From a virus, in the IMG/VR virus record IMGVR_UViG_3300032086_002413, positions 3,430 through 67,429 of that record: a stretch of DNA of 64,000 nucleotides, one strand, 5' to 3'. The translations under genes and the position numbers were made by a program. Shown piece after piece: positions 1-11,600 of the stretch. The notes beneath the pieces were generated by a model, which saw nothing but the letters and a program-made list of their open reading frames with translations, had not been told where the DNA came from and searched no databases. How positions within the stretch are numbered: the first letter of the stretch is position 1; every line of letters starts with the position of its first letter.

Positions 1-1
1 C

Positions 2-3000
2 AATATTATTGTTTACATATTCAGTCCATTTTAAAGTGCCTTTAGGTCTATTATCTACAGGAAAATCTTTTTTTACCCGATCAGCAAAAGCAGCTCTAAA
101 ATTATCTCTTAATACGGCTTTAAATTCTTTAGCATAATAAAGTGGTAAATCTTGTCTAATAAGTATTTCTTGTACTTTGCTTTTTACTGATTTAACTAAT
201 GATTTTTTTAATTCTAAATTTCTAGCTATACGTTCTGCATTTACATCTAATTCAAATTCAAAACTTTCGGCAAATTCTGTTGTTTCTATTATATCTGTTG
301 ATGCAGCTCCCTGTGTTGCTTTGTTTTTTAAACGTTGATCTAAAACTCTTTTACCTCTATCTTTCAAATACTGCATTACCCACTGAGCTAATGCACCACC
401 TCTTTCTGGCTTATAAGAATTAACAAGACCATATAATGAAGAAGCTGGTTGATTTGAAGTACCATTTATTAAATCAAACTTAAAGCCTTCCCTTGTAATA
501 GCTTGCTCTTTTAAGTCAAATCTTTCTTTGTATAATTCATTTATTGTTTTTTCTATAAAAGGATCAAATTGTTCTACTATTTTGTAGAAAGCTTCCATTT
601 TTTCTCTTTTAGACTTGCCCACATATTCGTTCATGTATATGTTTTGAGCCATTTCAGACATCTTAGCGCTTTTAGGATCAACACCTTCTATAGGTTGTGG
701 TGTTTGTGCTTCATTTATTGATTTTATTTGATTTACATTAGAATCAAACTCAGTAGCTTGCTCTTCAGTCATAGCGTCTTTACCACCAGCTTCTTTTAAT
801 ATCTCTTTGTTTCTATCTATTAATTCTTGTTTAGTTATAGATAATCTATCTTCAATGTCATTTTGCAAATCTTCAGTAACACCTTTTTTACCAATTAATC
901 TACCTTTAGCTCCTTCAGTTGCTATACGCTTAACAGAACGGTCAACATATCCTTTAGATATAGATTTATTATAATCTTTTATAAAGTTTAACACGTCTGA
1001 AGAGTTGTTAAAGCTTCTGTTCATGCCAGCAGACATAAGCACCTGTCTTACTTTATCACCCATTTTTGTTAGACTACTTTCATTTAATCTAACATCTCCT
1101 TTAGCTAAAGCATCCGAAAATAAAGTTAAAAGCTCTTCACTTACTATTCGTCCTGACTTTTTATACTTATACTTATAAGCCATTATTCTTGAATAAAGCT
1201 CTGTGTCAGCAAAATTTTCGTTTGACAAAACTTTATCTAATTCTGTCAAAATTGCATCACCTAACGTTTGTGCGGTGTCTCCGCCAGCTCTCATTGTTTT
1301 AGTTAAAACAGCATGCAAAAGCTCATGGCCAGCAACATTTATTTGTCTATTCTCAATAGATCTAGCTCTGTTTATTAATATTTCTCCACGATCACGCATG
1401 TACATACCATCAGGGCTACTATCTGGTTTTTTGCCTCTGACACTTTCTACATAATTTAGAAAATCAGTGTCGTTTTGAAACTCCTTAACTGTAACATTTA
1501 AGTTTTTAGCTTCTTCTTGTACTACACTAAGATTTTTTTCATATGAAGATTCTACAGACTGTTCTATTATACTTGCGTTTTCAGCTTCTAATTGATTAAT
1601 CCTAACCTGCGCATCTTTTTTTGTTTTATCAGATGTATCTTTTTGATTTAATGTATTCTTTAATGAAAGTATTTCATCTTTATTAGTTGCGTAGTTATTT
1701 AAATCATCACCTTCTAAGGTTTCTAATTCAAAGTTAGATCTATTTTTAAGCTCTATAATAGCTTCTTCTTCTCTAGCTAATATATCGCCATATAATTTTT
1801 CTTCTTCTACTGTCTCGGCATTTTTAAGATCATATGCGGCTCTAGACATAATATCGGCTCTCTGTCTGAGTTCCAATTGTGTTTGACTGCTATATAGTAC
1901 GTTTTCAGCCATAGATCTGTCTAATGATCTCTTAGGACCTAAAGAGCTTAAACTACTAACTCCACCACCCATGACCATACCTATAGTACCAGCTTCAAAA
2001 ATTCTGTGTATTACTTCTTTATTAGATATGTCTTTTCCTAATGTCCATTTATCAATTAAAATGTTCATTCCCTCTGTTGCTCCTTCTGATAAACCTTCAC
2101 CAGCTGTTTTACCAGTAAATTTAAGAGCAGCATTAGTAAAACCTTTTCTTAAAAAATCAGCGGCCTCTTTAGCTAAACCTTTTTGTTTTAAGAATCCAGC
2201 TCCAAATAGTAACTTTCTAGTTACCATTTCAAAAGCCATTTCATTTGTACCCGACAATATACTGTTTATACCAAGCTTTGTGAGTGATTGGTCTGGATCT
2301 GCTTCTAACTCTTCATCAAACTTATTACCGACTATACTACCGCCATATGCAACTATAGCACCTACACCACCACCAGCAGCAGCTAAAGAAACAGCAGATT
2401 CAGCTGCACCCATAACCGCCATTTGAGCAGCATCAGTTACATTACCATTTTGTAATGCAGATAATATATCTTGATCTTCAAACTCTTTTACGCCTTTAGA
2501 AACATAATCTATAGCTTTTTGATACTGTGCTGTAGAAGGCCCTGTGCCTGGCACAATTCCACCCATCATACCTATAACTTTCCTTTTAGCTATCCTTTCT
2601 TCAGGTGTTTTTGATGGATCATAAGCTTCAGAAGCTATAAACATTAAATTTTCTCCAAGAGCTGTAAATCCTTTAAAAGCAGTTAAACCACCTCTAGCAG
2701 CTACGTTAGCTACAGATCTTACAAAGCCTGGTTTTTCTTTATCAAGCTCTTCTTGTGTTTTTAATGTATCAGCAGTAGTGCCTGTTTTAGCTGTTGGTAT
2801 TGATATTGATTGTATATCTTCCAAGCTTGAAGGTTCTGATAACTCGGGTGCTGTCATACCTCCCACAAGCGCACCCTGAGTTGTGGACTCCGGCTTTCCC
2901 ACCGGTTCTTCTTTTTTAATTTCAATTTTATATTCCTTGATATATTCATCAAATGACATACCAAGGTTTTTTGCTGCTTGAGAAATTTGTTCTTCTGTAA

Positions 3001-3028
3001 ACTCAGCTCCTTGATAAATATATAACAT
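2..3028 (-). CDS. Giant virion ejection/cargo protein with zincin-like HExxH domain (partial, runs off window edge)
   Basis: Not in ORF track because it is open to the edge. ATG at 3028 overlaps the upstream stop (TAATG) and reads MLYIYQGAEFTEEQISQAAK...; in-frame GHELLH at 1313-1330 and downstream EELLTLFSDAL; position after tail genes as in crAss-like phages. Confidence 0.75.
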   Translation of the reverse strand, partial: MLYIYQGAEFTEEQISQAAKNLGMSFDEYIKEYKIEIKKEEPVGKPESTTQGALVGGMTAPELSEPSSLEDIQSISIPTAKTGTTADTLKTQEELDKEKPGFVRSVANVAARGGLTAFKGFTALGENLMFIASEAYDPSKTPEERIAKRKVIGMMGGIVPGTGPSTAQYQKAIDYVSKGVKEFEDQDILSALQNGNVTDAAQMAVMGAAESAVSLAAAGGGVGAIVAYGGSIVGNKFDEELEADPDQSLTKLGINSILSGTNEMAFEMVTRKLLFGAGFLKQKGLAKEAADFLRKGFTNAALKFTGKTAGEGLSEGATEGMNILIDKWTLGKDISNKEVIHRIFEAGTIGMVMGGGVSSLSSLGPKRSLDRSMAENVLYSSQTQLELRQRADIMSRAAYDLKNAETVEEEKLYGDILAREEEAIIELKNRSNFELETLEGDDLNNYATNKDEILSLKNTLNQKDTSDKTKKDAQVRINQLEAENASIIEQSVESSYEKNLSVVQEEAKNLNVTVKEFQNDTDFLNYVESVRGKKPDSSPDGMYMRDRGEILINRARSIENRQINVAGHELLHAVLTKTMRAGGDTAQTLGDAILTELDKVLSNENFADTELYSRIMAYKYKYKKSGRIVSEELLTLFSDALAKGDVRLNESSLTKMGDKVRQVLMSAGMNRSFNNSSDVLNFIKDYNKSISKGYVDRSVKRIATEGAKGRLIGKKGVTEDLQNDIEDRLSITKQELIDRNKEILKEAGGKDAMTEEQATEFDSNVNQIKSINEAQTPQPIEGVDPKSAKMSEMAQNIYMNEYVGKSKREKMEAFYKIVEQFDPFIEKTINELYKERFDLKEQAITREGFKFDLINGTSNQPASSLYGLVNSYKPERGGALAQWVMQYLKDRGKRVLDQRLKNKATQGAASTDIIETTEFAESFEFELDVNAERIARNLELKKSLVKSVKSKVQEILIRQDLPLYYAKEFKAVLRDNFRAAFADRVKKDFPVDNRPKGTLKWTEYVNNNI

Positions 3029-4458
3029 TATTCTTCTGTATTAATAATTGGTGCATTAAAGCCTGGTAGTATCACCGGTTTAGGAAAATTTTGATCAAGT
3101 GGATATAACAACTCAACTTTGTCAAGACTCATGCCCGATGATACTAACATCATACGTTTAAGCCTAGCATCTGTTAATGTTTTCATACTTACTTGTTGTA
3201 ACTCGTTTGTCGTGTTGTTTTTCAACGTAATAAACATGTCAGTTAAATTTCCTTTATCATCTAGTTCTTCTGAAATTTGACCTACTCTAGCAAATCCTAA
3301 TTGATTCAACGTATTTGTAAAAATACTAGATCCAATATCCATAAAACCTTTTTCAGTTTTTGGTATTTCTCTGTTAAAATCAATATCCGCCAACGAAGTC
3401 ATCAATGTTTCTTGCTGCACTAAAGCTTTTTGTTCTTTTGATAAAGTAGAATTATTATTAGTTGCTGCTTCTGATTCTGCCTTTTGTTTGTTATAAGCAT
3501 TATGCAAGTTTTTCAACGTAGTTTGTACACCAGTGCGTAATTGATCTTTTATAAAAAAGTTTATGTCATCTAAAGTTCCAGATTCACCATCACCATCTAG
3601 ATCTTTCATAATTTGGCCAGCATACTTCTCTTGTTCTAAACCTAAATAATCAACAGCTATAGATAACGCTTCGTCTTTAGTATACGTTTGCGCGTCAAGT
3701 ATGCTTTCTATTTGTGCTATATTTTCAGGATCTTGTTCCCAACGTAAATCTCTTTTAGCAGTAGTTATTAAATCGTCAAAATCAGATTGTGCTTGAACAT
3801 ATTTAGCAGTTTGTTTTTCTAAGGGCACATAATCAGTTGTCCAATTGTCAGCACTTAAAACTATAGGCTCTTCAAAAGATCCTCCTTCTACAGGATTAAA
3901 CACAAAATGAGGCACACCATCAATATCGATAACTTCATCCCACTCTCTATTAGCTTTGCGTCTATCCATTTCTATAGTAACAGAATCATTTACATTGCTA
4001 ATCCTTACACCTCCTTCTTGCTCAGAATCATATCTGTCTTTATAATCTTCTAAGTATGCACCAAATATTAGATTTCTATTTTTAATAGTATCTATATCTT
4101 GATTTATAGTGTTTAGTGCTTTTTGTTTTTCAAAACCTTGTAAATTTTCAACAGCATATTTGTATTGAGATTGCAAGTCAAAAAGTTCTTGACCAGCATA
4201 ATCTCTATATTCTTCAACTAGAGTATTAGGATCAAAAGATTTCATGTTTCTAAAATCAGCTTGTTGATCAGCACGAATTTTTTCTTGTTGTCTCTCGTAC
4301 TTTTCGGCCTCTTTTCTTTTTAATTCTTCTTGTTCCTTTAACTCTTGTACAAAAGGTTCAAACGCTTCATCAACACCAGTTTTAAAATCATAAACTTGTG
4401 GTTGATAAGCTCTAGCTAAATTTCTCGCTAAAATTGGATTGTAATATCTTGATGCCAT
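3028..4458 (-). CDS. Putative virion cargo/ejection protein
   Basis: 476 aa, helical/coiled-coil N-terminus, lies between pilot-like gene and giant protein. Confidence 0.5.
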   Translation of the reverse strand: MASRYYNPILARNLARAYQPQVYDFKTGVDEAFEPFVQELKEQEELKRKEAEKYERQQEKIRADQQADFRNMKSFDPNTLVEEYRDYAGQELFDLQSQYKYAVENLQGFEKQKALNTINQDIDTIKNRNLIFGAYLEDYKDRYDSEQEGGVRISNVNDSVTIEMDRRKANREWDEVIDIDGVPHFVFNPVEGGSFEEPIVLSADNWTTDYVPLEKQTAKYVQAQSDFDDLITTAKRDLRWEQDPENIAQIESILDAQTYTKDEALSIAVDYLGLEQEKYAGQIMKDLDGDGESGTLDDINFFIKDQLRTGVQTTLKNLHNAYNKQKAESEAATNNNSTLSKEQKALVQQETLMTSLADIDFNREIPKTEKGFMDIGSSIFTNTLNQLGFARVGQISEELDDKGNLTDMFITLKNNTTNELQQVSMKTLTDARLKRMMLVSSGMSLDKVELLYPLDQNFPKPVILPGFNAPIINTEE

Positions 4459-4470
4459 ATTTAATATTTT

Positions 4471-5286
4471 TTACATGCCTCCGGCTGCAAGACGCGCACC
4501 ACCAACAGCTACGTTAGCAATACCACCTATTAAACCTTCAGTTGCTTTTTGTCTAGCCGCATCAGCAGCTGCTTTTCTCTGTGCCGCAGCATCTAACTGC
4601 GTTTCTACTCTACCAAATTCTCTTTCTTGTACATATTGAGCACCTTCAGCTCTTTGTGCTTCTAGAGCTTGCTGTCCTTGTGCTCTAGCCATTTGATTTC
4701 TACTTTCTTGCATACCAATACTAGCAGCAGATGCTTGTAAGTTGGAAGAAGATTGTTGTGCTAAGGTCTGTGCTAAACTTGCTATACCAGAACCACCCGC
4801 AGCACCTGTTAAACCAGATAATGTACCTGCTAAAGCTTGTTGCTGTTGTTGGGATTCAAATCTTGCTTGCTGCTGGTTAACTGTTAGATCTTCAAACGGA
4901 TTAGTCATGTTGGCCGTAGGATCTTTAAACTCAAAAGCTTCGTATTCAGATTTACGTTGTTTCAATTCAGCTTCGGCTTGTCTTTGTTCTCTTCTTCTTT
5001 TTCTACCACCTACAATACCACCAGCAATACCAGCTAAACCTCCTGCTATCTGTCCAAAAGCACCAGCTTTACCACTAGACATACCACCGCCTCCACCGCC
5101 TCCAGCTGAAGCAACAGCAGCGCCAGCACTAGCACCACCACCTGAAGGTAATGGTATAGGGCCTGCTGAAGCAGTAATAGGTACATTAAAAGGCTGATAA
5201 CCTGTAGCTAAACTTTTATATTTGTTCGTGCCAAATACATCTACATCGCCAGCTCTAGCTGCATAAGGATTTGTTCCGTTTGACAT
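4471..5286 (-). CDS. Putative ejection (pilot-like) protein
   Basis: Gly/Ala-rich hydrophobic helices (GQIAGGLAGIAGGIVGG followed by RKRRR) and Gln-rich coiled coil, typical of podovirus internal proteins. Confidence 0.55.
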   Translation of the reverse strand: MSNGTNPYAARAGDVDVFGTNKYKSLATGYQPFNVPITASAGPIPLPSGGGASAGAAVASAGGGGGGGMSSGKAGAFGQIAGGLAGIAGGIVGGRKRRREQRQAEAELKQRKSEYEAFEFKDPTANMTNPFEDLTVNQQQARFESQQQQQALAGTLSGLTGAAGGSGIASLAQTLAQQSSSNLQASAASIGMQESRNQMARAQGQQALEAQRAEGAQYVQEREFGRVETQLDAAAQRKAAADAARQKATEGLIGGIANVAVGGARLAAGGM

Positions 5287-5297
5287 AATTATTTTTT

Positions 5298-5621
5298 TTA
5301 TTGACTACTAAATTGTGTTTCACTATTTACTGCAAATAACTCACAAAAATCAGTTGAGTCATTTTGCATTTTTACAGTAGCTTGATAACCAATCAGTCCA
5401 CTACTGTTTATTGCATTATTTTTTGCAAACATAAAGTAATCACCAATAACTGGTCTTTGTGCTTGCGCGGGTACATTAACCACAAAACTTAATCTATCAG
5501 AAGCGACGGAAACACATTCGCCTAATTCTGTTAAATTTTCGTTTTTTAAAAAATATATAATATCTCCTTTTTGTAAAGAAGTGTTTAATTCTTCTCCAAA
5601 ATTTACAGTTAAGTTAGCCAT
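5298..5621 (-). CDS. Small tail-associated structural protein
   Basis: 107 aa directly after the muzzle gene; beta-rich (NTSLQKGDIIYF...ELFAVNSE). Confidence 0.45.
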   Translation of the reverse strand: MANLTVNFGEELNTSLQKGDIIYFLKNENLTELGECVSVASDRLSFVVNVPAQAQRPVIGDYFMFAKNNAINSSGLIGYQATVKMQNDSTDFCELFAVNSETQFSSQ

Positions 5622-5623
5622 TT

Positions 5624-8600
5624 TTATTGATTTTTAGGTGGTAAAGGCATGTCTCCTTCATAAGGATTTTCCCACATTGTAGATTTTGCAGCCTCTACAG
5701 TTGCTCTATTATCTCCTATATTTACAGTGAATAATGTAGGATAATTTGAGTTTTCTGGGTAGTCTTTGTATTTTTGGTACGTTCCTTTAAATACAAAGTC
5801 TGGGGGTTTTATACTATAATCTGCTAAATATACTGGTTCGGGTTGGTGTGTAATTGTTGAAAACAAAATACCGCATTGATCCCACCAATTTATGCGATCA
5901 TTTTGACTTAAGCTTTCAGCTTCTTGTAGTGTTCTTCCATTTTTGTCAACGAGTTGATCACTAAACAATGCAAGGCCATTTACAGAAATATTATTATACT
6001 GTTGAATTCCAAAATTAACTGTTGCATAACCATTTTTATCAAATTGAATTTTTGCTTGCCAAGTATTATTAACTGGATCAACAACTTCCCACTCATGTGT
6101 TTCACAACTTTCTATAGCTACTTGTGCTGGAACTCCTTTAGGGTATTGGGTTGTTGTTACATTAAGAAGATAGTTAGTACCGTTTCTGTTTTTATTATTT
6201 TGTACGTTTGCATAATTAGCATATCTTATATCAGCATAAGTACCTTTAAGTGTTACTTCTTTGTTTTTATACGATGTATTTTTAAATGTAACAGTTTTGT
6301 TATAAATTACACCACCTTTATTTGAAGGAGTAGATTTTATCCAGTTTTGTATAGTATCAACTGTAATCTTAGGATTTTCATTAAACGGTGTTAAAGAACA
6401 ATTTGTTTCTTCAAAAAACACAGGCATTTCACCTTGTATAAAACTATAATGCCCTGTCGGCACAGAGTTTTGCCCTCCATTTGATATTTCAGAATGATTA
6501 CCATAAAGTATATTAGGGTTATCTTTAACATAAGTTGGGTTGTAATGTCCTACATAAAGTAAATCGCCATCAGGTGTTCTTTGATAAACAAAACTTCCTT
6601 TATTTATAGTATCATCAACACATAAAGCTTCTTCAAATTTAATTGCATCATCGTGTATTAAAGAACAAGGATCATTTTTGTAACTGTAATCACCCTTCTT
6701 TATTAAAAACTTATTAAAAGCACCTGGATAGTCATTTTTAACAGTTAAAGTAAGTTCAGGTTTATAGTATGTGTTACCAACATCGGTATCGTTAAAATTA
6801 ACTATCATGTTAATAGTTAATGTTTTTCCATCCGAGCTAATTTCAAAAGTATCAGTTATTGTTTTTTGATCTCCGAATATATCTGTATAGGTTCCTGCTG
6901 TAGCCTTAGTAAAATAACTACCTAAATTAGTAATATTATATTTAGAACTACTAGTGTTGTCAGTATCCCACCAATAAAATAATTTATTAGGTAAAGTTAA
7001 AACGTGTTGTAGTAATTTATTAGAATTAGATCCGTCTAAAATATAATACATACCTGTTGTTCTATCACTAAAAGTACTACTAGTAGTGTTTTGCGATGCA
7101 TAACCAGAAATAAAATTAGGCTGTCCTGAAGGTGATGAATTCTTTTGTGTTATTCCTTCTGCTCTAGCAAATTTTTCAATATTATGTAATGCTCTTTGAT
7201 TTGTGTTAGACATTTCAAAAGTAGCTCCTCCTACATGTGATTGGTACGAGTTAATATACCCAGCACCTGTTGATCCATTTATATATGTAAAACCAGAAGC
7301 TTTTAACTTAGTTGCAAATCTTATATGAGCTCTAATTTCAACCCCTACTTTTGCTGTAAATATTTCTTCTAAAGGCCTTATTGTATATGTTTGATTTGAA
7401 GTTGGTGCTGTGAAAGGTTTGTTTCTAAAACCTACAGTAACAGGGGAAATAGCCGCGAAAGAAACTTTATCGTTATTAGCAAATGTACTAGTTACGTCAT
7501 TATTAGATGCATCGTATATTTTAAAAGGGATTAAATTAGTAAATGTAGTTTTGCTTTTGTATCCTGCTGCAGCGGTTAATGTAAAATAATAATTAGATAT
7601 TCCTGTAAATGTTTTACCAGCCTTAGCTGTTAAAGTATAAGGTATTGTAGCACCATTATGACCCGCTATAGTGTAATTTGATGTTGCAGCACCACCTGCT
7701 ATAGTGTTTGAATAAGCAAACGTAATAGTTACATTTTTATCTAATATTGAATCTATATCTAATTCAAAATTTTCATTTTGTATAAAATTATTAGAAGTTA
7801 GTTTACCCTTTATTAATAATGTATCATTGGTTGCTGTTGTAAGTGTAAATGTGTTAAAAGTTATATTAGTTTCAGTTTCATTGCTGTTTCTTATTATATC
7901 AGCCATTACAGGTACTTTGCTTAAAGAATATCCAGTACCGTCTAATGTATAAGAAAAAGTAAAATCAATATTAGCTTCATCCTCACTATAACCACTTACA
8001 ATCAACGGTTTATTTGTTGATGACTGTGCCGTTGTTATTTTATTTCCAAGGTTTACAGTAAAAATTATATCATTAATAGTTCTCAATGGTCTATTAAGTG
8101 TTATAGTTTCATCCCCAAACGTATCTGAAAACACACTTCCTGATTTAGTTTTTAATTCAACTGTATATGTTTGTGCAGTGTCACCGGCTGGAAATATAAG
8201 ATCACATGAGTATTTTAACGACGAAGGTGGTATAGACCCATCTATTTTTTTTATAACAGAAGAACCTTCTTTAAATATTAATTCAAACTCAGCTTCAGCT
8301 TCTCCACTTAAAGTAATAGTTCTAGTTTCTCCATCATTGCTTATTGGATCTACACTTAATTTTTTAGTAAATATTACTTTATCCGGTATTATTATTTCAT
8401 TAGCCGTAACTTTTATAGTGTAATCTAAATTAATAGTATCGTCATTTGGAACTACTAAACTTTCTACAACATGGATATAACCTTTGCCTCGCTTATCTTT
8501 TGATATTGAAATTAGATTGTTATTTACAGTTACATCTTCTACATTTATATAATAACCATCATTAGGCTTTATAATTCTAGTATTTATAATTTGCACTGTT

Positions 8601-11600
8601 TTTGGATCTTCTGTTATTGTATAACTACCATTACCAACAGTATCACTTATAAAGAATCCTTCAATAGTATAATTACCACTTACTTTTATAGGTCTTAAAA
8701 CAGTTTTACCAGATAAAGTTATATAAACTGTTTGACCATCTGATGGATTCAATGATTCTAAATATTCACCCTTGACTTTAACAACAACATTAGGATCAGA
8801 ATTCTCGACAGTAATCAAATCACTTGGTGTTGTAAATTGTGTTTTTTCTATAATATAACCGTCATTTGGAAAAACAATAATCTGTATATCATCTATACTG
8901 CCATCTTGTTTTATTTCTATATTTTGTATAATGTTAGAACTCCAAGAAGTACCATCATTTATTTTTACATTAAAATCATCTAAATCTTGAGCGCCTACAG
9001 TAACGTCGTAATCAAGTTCATTTGGTTTTCTAATTGATCTACCTATTCCTTGTGTTGAAAAATTCTTTTGATCTAAAGTGTTTATATTTTTATTTTCTTG
9101 CGTAATATTAGCAAAATATTTATTTTCTTTAGGCTCAAAAGTTGTTTCTTTACCCTTTACTTGATCTGTTTTTATTTCTTTTGCAACCCAACTGCTAGTA
9201 CCCTCATAACCAAGTGTTCTGTATTTTTTTATAACGGATGGATCGTCGTTTATTATAAATTCTACTTGTGAGTTGTATTGTGTTCCATAAAAGTTGTTTC
9301 TAAAAACATTTTCGCTATCATGTCTCCACAACTCTCCGTTTAAATAGGTGTAATATATATTATTGAGATATACAGCATTTTCAGGTATAAAAGACGCTCT
9401 TGTAACCCAACCGCTAACATCTTCTGAAAAACAAACAGTATCTAAACCATCAAAAGAAATATTATATAATTTTTTTCTTGCATCGTAACTACCATAAAAT
9501 GTTTCTGCACTAAAAAGTCTTTGACGAAAAAAACTATTCATGTAATGGCTTGATATAGGAGATATACCATCTTTTGAAAGTCTTATTACAACACCTCTCG
9601 ATTTATCTGCAAAATAACATCTAAAACCGTGAGAAGCAAAAGATTCAGGATTTGTTGATATACCATAGTCACCATTGTACTCGATAGGATCTCCAATAAC
9701 TCTACTGTCAGATATTAAATTTGAAGATCCATTTGCATTATATAAAGCTGATTTATTTGCTAAAACTCTAAGTGTTTTATCTTCACATATAACAACCATA
9801 GAGTCATCCCAAGCGTGTAATTTTTGTACACTCCCGTAAGATGGTAAAAAATCTTTTGTTATAGGATTAGCCATGTTAAATTCATTAGACCTATTTACAC
9901 CTGATCTTGAATTTATTATACCTGACCAAATTAAAGAGTTAAATTTTTGTTCTTCTCTATATGGTTCATCTAATACAGTAGACGCTTTAACTCCATTATC
10001 TATAAAAATAGCGTTAAAATCATCTCTAATTCTATTTGATTCTACGCCGTTGCCAAATGAAATACAGTTATACCAATTTAACTTATATTCACTCGCATGT
10101 TGATCTATTGGCAGTATGTCAGAAGCTTCGTAATATATATTTAATTCAGTTTTACTTTCAAGTGGCTCTGTTTCAAATATTGATGGTTCTTTTACAACTA
10201 GATTTTCTTCTACGCGCTCTTCTAATATTTCCATCCTTGGCTCGTTCTTCCAAGTGTCATCTCCTCTTTTTACAACATCTTTTACTAATGGCTGAAACTC
10301 TCCATCTTCGTCTACAAATCTAAAATGTAATTCAGTATAACTTCTTCTTTTTGTAGCAAGATTACCGCCATGTTTTGTAGCATATGCTGAAACTAAAGTT
10401 TGGCCAATTTCATATATTTTATCATGATGTGGAGTTCCATCTGGATTTACAAATCTAACAAAGTTTCCAACTTTAGCTAACTTTGCTAATTTATCAACTT
10501 CGCTGTTTCTACGTCTAGTTGATGCTTCAACGGTTATATTATACTCTATACCGCCCGCTTCATGTCTTTTACCGGTTTCATAGCTGCTGCCAGGAACAGC
10601 AGTACCTCCTTTACCAATAAGAAAATCATTTCTTGGATTATCAGACGCACTATCTTTACCTCTATTTACATTTTTCCAAGTATTAGCTCCAGAACGACCA
10701 GTACCGTTAGCATCGTATTTAGAGTAAATACCGATCATGTTAAAATCAAACTTAACTAAATAACTTTTACCACCTATTTCTTGTGTAATTATAGAGTTTA
10801 CTAAAGTAGAGTTAGATTTTAATTTAATAAAAAATCTACCATCAAACTCTTTGTCTCCTGCTGCTGTATATTCTTCTAATATATTCATTGCAACACCAGC
10901 ATTTGTGCTTGGATCACCTAAATTACCAGTGGTTTTGTTATATATAATCTCTACATCATCGCCAAAAGGCTCTTGAAAAATAATTTTTATTTCATTAGAA
11001 CCAGCCGGATCTTGTAATAACCTTTTTACCTCATACGGTTTAGATTCTTTACCTAAATATTCAAAGCTAATAAACCTACCTGGTCTTATTTCTTTTGTCT
11101 CATTTAGTTCTACACCATCAGAGCTGCCATTAGCTTGCTTAATTTGTATTTCAGCACGGTCTTTTAACGGCGCGGCATTGCTGGCATCATCTTTATTTGT
11201 TATTGTAACTCCTCCACCAGATCCTTTGTAGTCGTCAGTAAATACTATATTACCTAGCGATCTTACAACTCTTTTTCTTGCTGTTATAAATTCTGGCGGC
11301 TCAGCTGATATATCAATTATTTTATATCTATTATCATCAGAAGTAACTGCTGTATTATCTCCATGGCTTTTCTTTAAAAGCAAATAGTTGTCTTCAGTGA
11401 CTTTATTTCTTTCGGAAGAAGGAAAACTAATATACATAAAACCGTTTTCCACATCATTATAAAATCTGTCCGCTGCTAAATTGTAGTATTCGCCTGAAGT
11501 TTCCTTTATAAAATATCTATAATGTGTTGCCCATGCCGGGGGTGAAGATGTTATTGATGCTGATATTTTATTTTGAGTTTGTGCTTTTGATTTAGGCACA

